Source: an uncultured Tropicimonas sp.
Lineage (GTDB): Bacteria; Pseudomonadota; Alphaproteobacteria; Rhodobacterales; Rhodobacteraceae
DNA: 64,000 nt
Direction: 5' to 3'
Assembly (NCBI GenBank): GCA_947495685.1
Contig: CANLZY010000018.1
Coordinates: 3,244 to 67,243 of the forward strand
Within the stretch, counting starts at the first letter, position 1, and every line of letters starts with the position of its first letter. Below the pieces are notes generated by a model. It was not told where the DNA came from. It was given only the letters and a program-made list of their open reading frames with translations, and ran no database searches. The position numbers and the translations under genes are program-made. Shown here piece by piece: positions 29,370 through 38,910 of the stretch.

Positions 29370-31334
29370 ATGACTGCTCTTACGCGCCTCCCGTTTCAAA
29401 GAACCGGGCCTTTGCTGTCTGACGCATCTGCCCCGATCGGCGCCGCGCCGCGCCGCCGGGTCATTTCCGGCAGGCAACGGTCGCGCGATTTGCTGGGACA
29501 GAGACTGGTCGAGCGGGGCGCCGTCGATCCCGGGGATCTGGTCAAGGCGTTGGCGATGCAGGCCCGGCAGGACACGCGACTGGGCGACATACTGGTCGCC
29601 AACAGCATGGTCTCGGAAGCGGCGCTGATGGAGACGCTGGCCGATCAATGGGGCACCGGCGTTGTCGATTTCACCGGGTCTCCGCCCGACACCCGGCTGA
29701 TCGACCAATATGGGCCCACGCGGTGCCTGACCGATGGCCTGTTGCCCTGGCGACGTGCTGGCAGCACCGTGATCGTAGCGACCACACGGCCGGAGAAATT
29801 CAACACAAAGCGGGCAGACCTCGAAGCCGTGTTCGGCACCGTGACGATGACGTTGACAACCGAAACCGATCTGCACGTTGCACTGACCAAAGTGCGCAAC
29901 CCTGCCCTGGCCGTTCAGGCGGAACTACGCGTGCCCTGCGATCTTTCCTGCCGCACCTGGAACGGGGCGGCGGCGGCCCGGCTGATCCTCGCGGCCTGCC
30001 TGATTGCCCTCTGCGTTGCCATCCTGTGGCCGGTAGCCTCATTCTCCTTTCTAGCACTCTGGGCAATCGTCACGTTGGCAGCGACTCTGGGTCTGAAAAC
30101 CGCCGCGCTGGTTTCTGCGATCAACCGATCCCGGGGCGAACAACGGCGAACCTGGATAGACCGACAACCTGCGTCGACAACCATCGCGCGGCTGCCCACA
30201 GTCTCGGTCATGGTCCCGTTATTTCGCGAACAGGACGTCGCCGGAAAACTGGTCAAACGTCTGAGCCGTCTCGCCTATCCCAAGGAGCTTCTGGATATCG
30301 TGCTGGTCGTCGAGGAGACCGACGGACAGACCGCCGAGGTCCTCTCCCGGACGCGTTTGCCGCGCTGGATGCGGGTCGTGACCGTGCCAACGGGCGGGGT
30401 CCAGACCAAGCCCCGCGCCCTGAACTACGCGCTGGACTTCTGTCGAGGACAGATCATCGGCGTCTGGGATGCAGAAGACGCCCCGGAAGCGGACCAGATC
30501 CACACGGTCGTGCGCCGTTTTCATGAACGCGGCCCCGAGGTGGCCTGCCTCCAGGGTGCACTCGACTATTACAACGCACGTACAAACTGGCTAAGCCGCT
30601 GTTTCACCATCGAATATGCCAGCTGGTTCGGGGTTGTCCTGCCGGGACTTCAGCGGATGAAGCTGGCCTTGCCATTGGGCGGGACGACGTTGTTCTTTCG
30701 CCGCGCGGCGCTGGAGCAACTCGGCGGCTGGGATGCGCACAACGTGACCGAAGACGCGGACCTGGGCATGCGCCTCGTCCGCAAGGGGTATCGGACCGAG
30801 ATGATCGAGACCGTGACACGGGAAGAGGCCAATTGCCGGTTCCTGCCGTGGATCAAGCAGCGGTCGCGCTGGCTCAAGGGGTATGCGATGACCTGGGGCG
30901 TTCACATGCGCAAGCCATTGCAATTGTGGAAAGATCTCGGGGCATGGCAGTTTGCCGGGTTCCAGATCCTGTTCCTGGGAACCTTGTCACAGTTTCTGTT
31001 GGCCCCGGTGCTGTGGTCGTTCTGGTTGCTCGCCTTCGGCTTGCCGCATCCACTGACCGGCGTGATTCCGAGTGCGCTGTACTGGCCGTTGATGGGGTTG
31101 TTCGTCTTGTCGGAACTTGTGAACCTGTCGATTGGTGCCTTTGCCGTGCGGGATCGAAACCGACGATTTCTGACCCCCTGGGTCGTGACGATGCACGCCT
31201 ATTTCCCGCTGGCCGCATTTGCCTCCTACAAGGCATTCTACGAAATCCTGACCAAGCCGTTCTACTGGGACAAGACAAGTCACGGCCTGCACGACGAGAG
31301 CGGCGTCAACGATCCAGACGCCCCTGCGGCATAG
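29370..31334 (+). CDS. Processive family-2 glycosyltransferase (polysaccharide synthase) with an N-terminal MshEN/T2SSE_N-like domain
   Basis: aa 41-64 LLGQRLVERGAVDPGDLVKALAMQ and aa 70-93 RLGDILVANSMVSEAALMETLADQ form tandem 24-aa MshEN-type motifs separated by 5 aa. TM helices follow, then a GT2 core with DAED, TED (NVTEDADLG) and QxxRW (QRSRW), and C-terminal TM helices. Confidence 0.8.
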   Translation: MTALTRLPFQRTGPLLSDASAPIGAAPRRRVISGRQRSRDLLGQRLVERGAVDPGDLVKALAMQARQDTRLGDILVANSMVSEAALMETLADQWGTGVVDFTGSPPDTRLIDQYGPTRCLTDGLLPWRRAGSTVIVATTRPEKFNTKRADLEAVFGTVTMTLTTETDLHVALTKVRNPALAVQAELRVPCDLSCRTWNGAAAARLILAACLIALCVAILWPVASFSFLALWAIVTLAATLGLKTAALVSAINRSRGEQRRTWIDRQPASTTIARLPTVSVMVPLFREQDVAGKLVKRLSRLAYPKELLDIVLVVEETDGQTAEVLSRTRLPRWMRVVTVPTGGVQTKPRALNYALDFCRGQIIGVWDAEDAPEADQIHTVVRRFHERGPEVACLQGALDYYNARTNWLSRCFTIEYASWFGVVLPGLQRMKLALPLGGTTLFFRRAALEQLGGWDAHNVTEDADLGMRLVRKGYRTEMIETVTREEANCRFLPWIKQRSRWLKGYAMTWGVHMRKPLQLWKDLGAWQFAGFQILFLGTLSQFLLAPVLWSFWLLAFGLPHPLTGVIPSALYWPLMGLFVLSELVNLSIGAFAVRDRNRRFLTPWVVTMHAYFPLAAFASYKAFYEILTKPFYWDKTSHGLHDESGVNDPDAPAA

Positions 31335-31342
31335 CGGTCGAC

Positions 31343-31370
31343 AGCAGATAGCAGATAGCAGATAGCAGAT
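31343..31370. repeat. Perfect heptanucleotide tandem repeat (AGCAGAT)x4
   Basis: agcagat agcagat agcagat agcagat, 9 nt after the TAG stop of the GT2 synthase, in a convergent intergenic region. Confidence 0.95.
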
Positions 31371-31521
31371 CGTTCCGATGAACGACCACGCCGCCTTGCT
31401 TCCGGTGGGGGTCCCTCGCTTTTTCCAACGAGGGGAGCCCTCAATGCGCGGACACCACGCGGCAGACCTGTCCGTGCCACCGCCACTTGCTCCGCAAAGA
31501 TGCGACAGGTTTGATGATTCA

Positions 31522-31552
31522 TGCCCCCGCGCGATTGACACACGCGGGGGCA
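31522..31552 (-). terminator. Strong hairpin just downstream of tkt (possible terminator)
   Basis: 10-bp perfect stem TGCCCCCGCG/CGCGGGGGCA with an 11-nt loop, 6 nt beyond the tkt stop. No clear U-tract. Confidence 0.35.
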
Positions 31553-31557
31553 CGTGA

Positions 31558-33555
31558 TCAGGCGGATGCCGTCCCAGCCTCGACGGGCAGCGAAGTGAGA
31601 ACGCGTTCCACGATGGCCGCTTCGGTGATTCCGAAATGCTCGAACAACTCTTCGGCAGGGGCCGAGGCACCAAAGCTCGACATGCCGACAAAGATGCCGT
31701 CTTCGCCAATGAACCGCTCCCAGCCAAGACGCACGGCGGCCTCGACGGCCAAGCGCACGGTTCCACGGCCGACGACCTTGGATCGATACGCGGCGTCCTG
31801 TTGCTCGAATATCTCCCAACAGGGCACGGATACCACGGCCGTCGGCACACCCTGTGCCTCGAGTCGTTTCCGGGCCGCCAGCGCAATCTGCACCTCGGAC
31901 CCGGTGGCAAACAGCGTCACACGGCGTTTTTCGGACGCGTCTGCCAGAACGTAGGCCCCTCGCGCGCAGGCGTTTTCCGCACCAGCGGATTCACGAACGG
32001 TCGGAAGGTCCTGACGCGACAGGATCAGTGCACTTGGCCCTGATCGGTTGGCAAGCGCCAATTCCCAGCACTCTGCGGCTTCGACGCCGTCCGCCGGACG
32101 GAACACGTTCAGGTTGGGCATGGCGCGCAGGCTGGCCAGATATTCGACCGGCTGGTGCGTCGGCCCGTTGCGCCCGACCCCGATGCTGTCGTGGCTGAAA
32201 CCGAACAGCACTGGAAGCCCCATCAGGGCCGCCATCCGGAGGGCGTGACGCTCATAGTCGGAGAACACGAGGAAGGTGATGCCAAAGGGAACAACACCGC
32301 CATGCGCGGCCATGCCGTTCATCATCGACCCCATGGCAAACTCGCGCACCCCATAGTGCAGATAGCGGCCACCACGGTTGGTGGCGGTGAAGGGTTGCAG
32401 CCGACGCTTGTGCTTTGTCGCAGCCTCAAGGTCGGGTGCGCCGCTTGTCAGTTCCGGAATGACATCGCTGAGCGCATCGAGGATCTCGCCAGAGGATGCG
32501 ACCGTCGGCTGTTCCGGCCGGACCGTAGCATAGTGGACCTTGCGGTTGGCAAGCACCTCACGCCAACCGTCTGGAAGGCGCCCGATGGCAAGACGTTCGA
32601 ACTCCGCCCGGACCTCGGGGGCAGCCTGTTCCAGCCGGGTTTGCCAGGCCACGCGTTCCGCGTTGCCGCGCCGCCCACCGTCCCGCCAGGGCGTCAACAG
32701 GTCCTTGGGCACGTCGAATGGGTCGTGCGTCCAGTTCATCAACTCGCGCGCGGCAACAGCATCCTCGGGGAGCAGTTTGCCACCGTGGGCCACCCGCTCA
32801 CCCGCAATGCGCGGCACACCGTGACCGATCTGGGTGTGGCAGATGACGAAGGACGGACGCGGATCTCTCTTGGCCAGCAGGATCGCGGCGTCGATGGCGT
32901 CGGGGTCATGCCCGTCACATTCGACGACATGCCAGCCGGCGATGCGGAACCGCGCGGCCTGATCCTCGCTTTCGGCCTGCACCAACTCGCCGTCGTCGGT
33001 TATGTGGTTGCTGTCGAACAGGAAGATCAGATGCCCCAGCTTGAGGTGCCCGGCAAGTGCCAGAACCTCGGCTGCGATGCCCTCCATAAGGCAACCGTCG
33101 CCCACCAGCGCATAAGTGTAGTGATTGCACAGTTCCGGTCCGAACTCTGCGCGCAGTTTTTCCTCGGCCACGGCCATGCCGACGGCATTGGCGATGCCCT
33201 GCCCGAGGGGGCCGGTCGTGGTCTCGATTCCGGCTTCGGGATCGAACTCCGGGTGACCGGGGCAGTGCGAGCCGAGTTCGCGGAACCGCTTCACCTCGTC
33301 CAGCGAGATCTTGGCAAAGCCTGCAAGGTGGTTGGCCGCATAGAGCAGCATCGAGCCGTGGCCGTTGGACTGAACGAACCGGTCGCGGTCCGGCCAGGTC
33401 GGGTCGGCGGCGTCGAACTTGAGGTGCCGATTGTAGAGAGTGGTCACGATGTCGGCGGCGCCCAGTGGCGTGCCGGGGTGGCCATCGCCAACATGCACGA
33501 TCGTGTCGATCGCAAGGAACCGGATCGCGTCGGCCATGCGGGAAAGGTCTGCCAT
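31558..33555 (-). CDS. tkt: Transketolase
   Basis: GHPGTPLGAADIVTTLY, DRDRFVQSNGHGSMLLYA, GDGCLMEGI and a C-terminal transketolase domain. 665 aa. Confidence 0.95.
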   Translation of the reverse strand: MADLSRMADAIRFLAIDTIVHVGDGHPGTPLGAADIVTTLYNRHLKFDAADPTWPDRDRFVQSNGHGSMLLYAANHLAGFAKISLDEVKRFRELGSHCPGHPEFDPEAGIETTTGPLGQGIANAVGMAVAEEKLRAEFGPELCNHYTYALVGDGCLMEGIAAEVLALAGHLKLGHLIFLFDSNHITDDGELVQAESEDQAARFRIAGWHVVECDGHDPDAIDAAILLAKRDPRPSFVICHTQIGHGVPRIAGERVAHGGKLLPEDAVAARELMNWTHDPFDVPKDLLTPWRDGGRRGNAERVAWQTRLEQAAPEVRAEFERLAIGRLPDGWREVLANRKVHYATVRPEQPTVASSGEILDALSDVIPELTSGAPDLEAATKHKRRLQPFTATNRGGRYLHYGVREFAMGSMMNGMAAHGGVVPFGITFLVFSDYERHALRMAALMGLPVLFGFSHDSIGVGRNGPTHQPVEYLASLRAMPNLNVFRPADGVEAAECWELALANRSGPSALILSRQDLPTVRESAGAENACARGAYVLADASEKRRVTLFATGSEVQIALAARKRLEAQGVPTAVVSVPCWEIFEQQDAAYRSKVVGRGTVRLAVEAAVRLGWERFIGEDGIFVGMSSFGASAPAEELFEHFGITEAAIVERVLTSLPVEAGTASA

Positions 33556-33567
33556 GTCTGTCTCCCC

Positions 33568-34521
33568 TCAGAGCAGGTCGTTGAGCATGCGCATCGTCGA
33601 GGTCGGATTGCGATCAGCATAGCGCCGCGCCATGTCATCCTTGTCGATGCGGGTGGAAAGCTCCTTGAGCTTGTTGGCGATCGCCGCCGCATCGGTGAAG
33701 ACCTGCGGGCTGTCGTGCTCCTTGCAGACGATGTCGAAGGCGATCCAGTCGTCATAGCCGAGGCGCTCAAGGGTGAAGAACAGTTCGACGAACTCCCAGG
33801 TGTGCCAGGTCCCCGGCGTCAGGTCCCAGTCGCCGCGGGTGTCGTTGTCATTGATGTGGACATAGAAGAGGCGATTGCACCTGTGCAGTAGCGCAGCCGA
33901 GGCAGCCGGGTTTTCGCCCGCGAGGAAGCAGTGGCCCGCGTCCAGCGTCGCGCCAAGATTCTTTGCCCCGACGATATCGGCGAACGCGATCAGCTCGCCG
34001 GCATTGCCGATCTGGCAGCGCACGCGGGGCTCGTTGATCTTGTATTCGATGCAGACGTTGATGTCCCGGTTATGGGCGCAGATCTGCTCGAAGCAACCCG
34101 CAGAATAGTCCAGCGCCGCGATGGGGTCGAGTTCGAACGGATAGTCGAACCCTTCGTTCAGCGGGCAGTTGTGCAGCCGGGTTGCGCCAAGTTCCGCAGC
34201 AAGGTCCATGGCGCGCTTGGCGTCATCGACAGCAGCCTGCCGTTCTGCCGGGTCCTGCGCGGTCCATGCGCCGCGCAGCCAGCGGTCGTTGCGCACCGAG
34301 GCGAAGTTGATCGCCGAAACGGCGAGGTTGTTGCGCTTCAGAGCCTCCTTGGTCGCTGGGATGTCGACGGTATCGGCCGGGTAGCGGAGTTCAACCGCGC
34401 CGATCCCTTCGGCAGCGCCGGCCCGATCCAGATGCGTCGGCGTGTCGGCGGCATCCTGATAGATCATAAACCGGTTCTTGGTCTGCCCCAGGAAGAGCGT
34501 GATGATGGAAAGCTTGAGCAT
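33568..34521 (-). CDS. Sugar phosphate isomerase/epimerase (xylose-isomerase-like TIM barrel)
   Basis: Starts at the internal ATG (MLKLSIITLFLGQ...). AVELRYP, LAAELGATRLH, INVCIEYK and ATLDAGH are typical of the AP_endonuc_2 TIM barrel. The track's upstream 128 codons are Arg/Pro-rich and overlap the next gene. Confidence 0.8.
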   Translation of the reverse strand: MLKLSIITLFLGQTKNRFMIYQDAADTPTHLDRAGAAEGIGAVELRYPADTVDIPATKEALKRNNLAVSAINFASVRNDRWLRGAWTAQDPAERQAAVDDAKRAMDLAAELGATRLHNCPLNEGFDYPFELDPIAALDYSAGCFEQICAHNRDINVCIEYKINEPRVRCQIGNAGELIAFADIVGAKNLGATLDAGHCFLAGENPAASAALLHRCNRLFYVHINDNDTRGDWDLTPGTWHTWEFVELFFTLERLGYDDWIAFDIVCKEHDSPQVFTDAAAIANKLKELSTRIDKDDMARRYADRNPTSTMRMLNDLL

Positions 34522-34550
34522 GGCCGTATCCTTGACTGCCTTGGCGCTGG

Positions 34551-35522
34551 TTAGAATTCTCCGCTGACGACGTGGCGCGGGGCGCCGCCTACGAATGCCT
34601 CGATAAGGTCGATCAGTTGATCGGCCAGGGTCTGCTGCGCCTCGAGACTGGCCCAGGCGACATGTGGGGTGACGATGGTGTCCGGCCGGGTCGCCAGACG
34701 CATGATGGTGCTGTCGGGCGCTGGCGGCTCGGGCAGGGTCACGTCCAGTCCGGCGCCGTTGACGAGACCGCGGTCGAGCGCTTTTTCGAGGTCCTCCTCC
34801 ACGATCAGCGGGCCACGGGCGGTGTTGATGATAAGCGGGCGGCGACCCATGGATTCGAATTCGACCATGCCCAACAGGCCCTGCGTCGCAGGGATCAGCG
34901 GGCAATGAAGGCTCAGCACATCACTGTTGGCCATCACCTCCGGCCAGGGGGTGTAGAGCGGACCCAATCCATCGGCCCCCTTGTGGGCTGCGAACAGAAC
35001 CTTCATTCCAAACGCCCGCGCAAGGGTGGCGACACCCTGCCCCAACGCCCCTTCGCCTATGATCCCAAGCGTCGCCCCTGACAGGTCCCGGATGGGGTGA
35101 TCATGAAAACAGAATTGCCCTGCGTCCTGCCATCTGCCGGCCCTCACATCATCGCGATAGCCCATCAGGCTGCGGCGCAGGGCAAGCATCAAGGCAAAGA
35201 CATGTTCAGGGACCGTCACACCGGCATAGCCGCGGATGTTCACAACCGTGATCCCAAGGGCCTGGCAGGCAGCCTTGTCGATGCAATCGGTGCCCGTGGC
35301 GGCAACGGCAATCAGGCGCAGTTTCGGCAGCTGTTCAAGGCTCTCGCGGGTCAGCCTTACCTTGTTGACGATGGCGACATCCGCGTCGCGCAGCCGCGGA
35401 ACGACCTGGTCCGGCGCCGTTGACGCATGATCCTTCCAGCAATGCGGAAAGGACGGAGATCGAAGGCGGACATCGTCCGCAAGGGTTGCCGCATCCAGAA
35501 AGACGATCGTGTGTTCAGCCAT
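34551..35522 (-). CDS. D-isomer-specific 2-hydroxyacid dehydrogenase (glycerate/hydroxypyruvate reductase-like)
   Basis: NAD loop GIIGEGALGQGVATLARAFGMKV, INTARGPLIVEEDL and TPHVAWAS. Confidence 0.88.
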   Translation of the reverse strand: MAEHTIVFLDAATLADDVRLRSPSFPHCWKDHASTAPDQVVPRLRDADVAIVNKVRLTRESLEQLPKLRLIAVAATGTDCIDKAACQALGITVVNIRGYAGVTVPEHVFALMLALRRSLMGYRDDVRAGRWQDAGQFCFHDHPIRDLSGATLGIIGEGALGQGVATLARAFGMKVLFAAHKGADGLGPLYTPWPEVMANSDVLSLHCPLIPATQGLLGMVEFESMGRRPLIINTARGPLIVEEDLEKALDRGLVNGAGLDVTLPEPPAPDSTIMRLATRPDTIVTPHVAWASLEAQQTLADQLIDLIEAFVGGAPRHVVSGEF

Positions 35523-35731
35523 GTCATGCCTCACTCACACCGGGTTACACCTGCGTGCATACTGTAAAGTATACTTTAATGCGCGCAATGCGACATGACG
35601 CACGTTTCTCACCAACGGACCGGCATCATGGAAGCCAGAACGCATTCGGCGGCACTACCGAGAGGGGCATGTCCGACATCAAGGGAAGTCAGGGGGGCTG
35701 GTCGGACACTGTTTCTCAGCCCGGCCGTTGA

Positions 35732-36382
35732 TCAGGGTGTGACCGGCGCGTCGCTGTCCTGCTTCAACCTCTGCACAAAGGCAGTCGAAATATGGGCCTT
35801 GAGCGCGTCATAGGCGGCGTTTTCGTCCCGGTTCCGGATCGCCATGACGATTGCCTCGTGTTCCTGCAACGCCACCTCGCTCCGACCTTCGGCGGCAAGC
35901 GAGGTCGTCGCCATCAACGCCATCGACCGGTAGACGAGATCAAGCTGCTGTACCAGGTACCGATTGTGTGACGCCAGATGGATCTGCCGGTGAAATCGCC
36001 GATTCGCCCGTGACAGGGCCGAGGGATTGGCCACCAGGGCACGATCGGACTCGATCATGCCCTCCAGAACCTCCACCTCCTCAAGCGCCGCATGACGCGC
36101 GGCGAGGCGGGCCGCCAGACCTTCCAGCTCGGACCGCACGACGTAAAGCTCGGCTAGCTGGTTGTGATCCAGCGAGGCAACGATAAGGCTCCTGCCGTCC
36201 CGGGCCAGCAATGATTGGGTTTCAAGGCGTTGCAGGGCCTCGCGAATCGGGGTGCGCGACACGCCGAACCGCTCGGCCAGTTCGGATTCAACCAGTCGAT
36301 CCCCCGGCTTGTAGACTCCAACGTCGATAGCCTCGAGAATCAGCTCATAAGCATCCTTCTGGGTCGATTTATCGCTAGGCAT
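35732..36382 (-). CDS. GntR-family transcriptional regulator (FadR/FCD subfamily)
   Basis: wHTH region LVESELAERFGVSRTPIREALQRLETQSLL followed by a helical FCD-like domain. Confidence 0.9.
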   Translation of the reverse strand: MPSDKSTQKDAYELILEAIDVGVYKPGDRLVESELAERFGVSRTPIREALQRLETQSLLARDGRSLIVASLDHNQLAELYVVRSELEGLAARLAARHAALEEVEVLEGMIESDRALVANPSALSRANRRFHRQIHLASHNRYLVQQLDLVYRSMALMATTSLAAEGRSEVALQEHEAIVMAIRNRDENAAYDALKAHISTAFVQRLKQDSDAPVTP

Positions 36383-36517
36383 GCACGCTTCCCTGAATCG
36401 AAGGCCCGCAGGCTAACCGAATTGCGCAGGGAATCAACCAGTTGAAGACCGTCGCAGCGGCCACCACCTCGAAACCGTGCGCTTGCGCCGACTGCGCCAC
36501 GGTCCTAGGGTCCGCTC

Positions 36518-37168
36518 ATGGTTACTGATCGCTTTTCTCATGTGAACACCTGGGTCTTTGATCTCGACAACACGTTGTACCCGCCAGAAGCACGCCTGTT
36601 TGACCAGATCGAGGTTAAGATGTCGGCTTGGGTCATGCAGGCGCTCGGCGTGCCTCGCGACGAAGCCGACCGGCTCCGCAAGTTGTACTGGCATCAATAC
36701 GGGACGACGCTGGCCGGGTTGATGACCGAGCACAACGTCGACCCCGGCCCTTATCTCCACGAAGTCCACGAGATCGATCTTGGCCACCTCCAGGAGGATC
36801 CCGCCCTTGCGGCTGGCATTTCGGCCCTGCCGGGGCGAAAGATCGTCTACACCAACGGATGCAGACCGTATGCTGAACGGGTCGTCGCCGCGCGCGGGCT
36901 GGAGGGCCTTTTCGATGCCATCTATGGCGTCGAGCACGCCAAGTTCCGACCAAAGCCCGACCGGGCGGCCTTCGAGGCAGTCTTTGCGACCGATGGCCTG
37001 TCCCCTGACCGCGCCGCCATGTTCGAGGACGACGCGCGCAACCTGACCGCCCCGCACGAGATGGGCATGCGCACGGTCCACGTCGCCCCGACGCAAATTC
37101 ATGCCGATCACATCCATTATCACACCAATGATCTTGCCAGCTTCCTGGCACCGCTGGGGCGTTGCTAG
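36518..37168 (+). CDS. Pyrimidine 5'-nucleotidase (HAD superfamily)
   Basis: WVFDLDNTLYP HAD motif I, GTTLAGLM, LPGRKIVYTNG and FEDDARNL motifs. Confidence 0.88.
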   Translation: MVTDRFSHVNTWVFDLDNTLYPPEARLFDQIEVKMSAWVMQALGVPRDEADRLRKLYWHQYGTTLAGLMTEHNVDPGPYLHEVHEIDLGHLQEDPALAAGISALPGRKIVYTNGCRPYAERVVAARGLEGLFDAIYGVEHAKFRPKPDRAAFEAVFATDGLSPDRAAMFEDDARNLTAPHEMGMRTVHVAPTQIHADHIHYHTNDLASFLAPLGRC

Positions 37169-37288
37169 GCGCAGCACACGCCCCTTGTAACCCTGCCGTC
37201 AGAAAAGTTTGCACCTGCGGCATGTTGCACCCGGAACCACGGTGAAAAATGATCTAAAGTCGTTCGAAAGCAGAATCCGGAGGATACG

Positions 37289-37531
37289 ATGAGCGAAGCC
37301 GATACACACACCGCCCCGACCGAAAACCTCGAGCCCTTCACTGGGGATCGTGGCTGGAAAACGCTGGAGCGTAGCGAAGGAGAACTCTTCGTTTTTCTGG
37401 CCGTCGTCGTGATCCTGCTGGTCACCGTTCTGGCCGTCGCGACGATGGGCGTCGCGGGGCTGGGGCTTGTCTTTGTTCTGTTGACCTTTGTCACGCTGGC
37501 GGCGCTGGTGGTGATCAGCGTCGGCGGCTAG
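37289..37531 (+). CDS. Small hypothetical membrane protein (80 aa)
   Basis: GGAGGA RBS 6 nt before the ATG. GC-rich third codon positions. Two hydrophobic helices in the C-terminal half. Confidence 0.6.
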   Translation: MSEADTHTAPTENLEPFTGDRGWKTLERSEGELFVFLAVVVILLVTVLAVATMGVAGLGLVFVLLTFVTLAALVVISVGG

Positions 37532-37619
37532 CTGCGTCAACGGCAGCTGGTCAGGGGTGTTTGCCACTTGTGCATGCCCCTCCTCTGGCCCTAGATCCGG
37601 TGACAGGAGGGCATGGCAC

Positions 37620-38819
37620 ATGGCACGGACCGAAACAGAAATCCTGATCGTCGGCGGCGGCATTGCCGGGCTTTCGGCGGCCTTGGCCTTTGGGCGCTCC
37701 GGATACCGGACAACGCTGGTGTCGCCGGAACCGCCCGTCACCGAAGCAGATTCCGACGGATCGGACCTGCGGTCCACGGCATTCCTCCAACCTGCCCAAC
37801 AATTGTTCGAACAGATCGGCCTGTGGGACGATCTGTTCGACACCGCGACGCCGCTGAACACCCTGCGCGTGGTGGACACGGTCGACTGGCCACCCCGAAT
37901 TCGCGACAGCCGCGAGTTTCAGGCAACCGACCTTGGCGAACGCAGCTTTGGCTGGAACCTGATGAACTGGCGGGTCCTGCAGGGGCTTTCACGGATCCTG
38001 CAGAAGATCGACACGGTCGATCTTCGCTTTGGAACCTCATTCGTTTCGATGGTCACGCGCGACAGCGGTGCCATCGTGCGGCTCAGCAACGGCGATTCCA
38101 TTGCCGCAAAGCTGGTCATCGCCGCCGACGGGCGCAATTCGGCCGTACGGGACGCCGCCGGGATCAGCGTGACGACAACGCGCTATGGACAAAAGACCCT
38201 GGCCTTTGTCGTCGGCCACCCCAAACCGCACGGCAATGTCTCCTCCGAGATATACAACGAGGGCGGGCCTTTCACGCTGGTTCCCCTGCCCGACCTTGAC
38301 GGCCAACCGGCCTCGGCCGTGGTCTGGATGAACCCCGGCGCACGGGCCGAGGAACTGGCCACAATGGACACCGTCGCCTTCGAAGCCCGTATGTCCGAGC
38401 GGTCCTGCTATATCCTCGGACCGCTGCACCTGAAATCGCAACGCCGGCTCTGGCCGATCATCAGCCAGCGCGCCGATCAGCTCAGCGCCCAACGGGTTGC
38501 CATCATGGCCGAGGCGGCGCACGTCATTCCCCCCATCGGCGCGCAGGGTCTGAACACCTCGTTGAACGATCTGATCCTGCTGCGCGATCTGGCGCTGATG
38601 GCGGGCCGGGACGAGCTGGGCGGGGATGCGATGCTGCAGGACTATGACCGGCAACGCAGCCGCGATATCCGGCGTCGGGTGGCAGCGATCGACCTGTTCA
38701 ACCGGGTCACCCGCTCCCCCAACCCTCAGGTGCAGATGCTGCGGTTGGCCGGTATGAAGGCCGCCCATGACCTGACCGGGTTGCGTCACGCCATCATGAA
38801 GGCCGGCATGGGGCACTGA
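37620..38819 (+). CDS. FAD-dependent monooxygenase, UbiH/UbiF/Coq6 family
   Basis: ILIVGGGIAGLSAALAF dinucleotide-binding motif, AADGRNSAVR and AEAAHVIPPIGAQGLNTSLND. AGGAGG RBS before ATG 37620. Confidence 0.88.
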   Translation: MARTETEILIVGGGIAGLSAALAFGRSGYRTTLVSPEPPVTEADSDGSDLRSTAFLQPAQQLFEQIGLWDDLFDTATPLNTLRVVDTVDWPPRIRDSREFQATDLGERSFGWNLMNWRVLQGLSRILQKIDTVDLRFGTSFVSMVTRDSGAIVRLSNGDSIAAKLVIAADGRNSAVRDAAGISVTTTRYGQKTLAFVVGHPKPHGNVSSEIYNEGGPFTLVPLPDLDGQPASAVVWMNPGARAEELATMDTVAFEARMSERSCYILGPLHLKSQRRLWPIISQRADQLSAQRVAIMAEAAHVIPPIGAQGLNTSLNDLILLRDLALMAGRDELGGDAMLQDYDRQRSRDIRRRVAAIDLFNRVTRSPNPQVQMLRLAGMKAAHDLTGLRHAIMKAGMGH

Positions 38820-38910
38820 CCTGTGGCCGGAACCGGTCGCGGCGGCGCGTTGTCTGTCCGGTTCGCGGCGCTAGGTCTGAGTGGTCATCACCCGGCAGCC
38901 GGAGCAACAG

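Noticed and set aside
31343-31370. Possible CRISPR or phase-variable coding repeat
   Set aside because: The units are only 7 nt, directly abutting, with no spacers. They lie outside any ORF, so this is neither a CRISPR array nor an in-frame contingency repeat. It is kept only as a microsatellite observation.
32155-33891. 578-aa plus-strand ORF
   Set aside because: It is antisense to tkt and the TIM-barrel gene, with no recognisable motifs.
34522-34905. 5' extension of the TIM-barrel ORF (128 codons)
   Set aside because: It is Arg/Pro/His-rich and overlaps the 3' end of the dehydrogenase gene. The internal ATG 34521 gives a normal-length protein.
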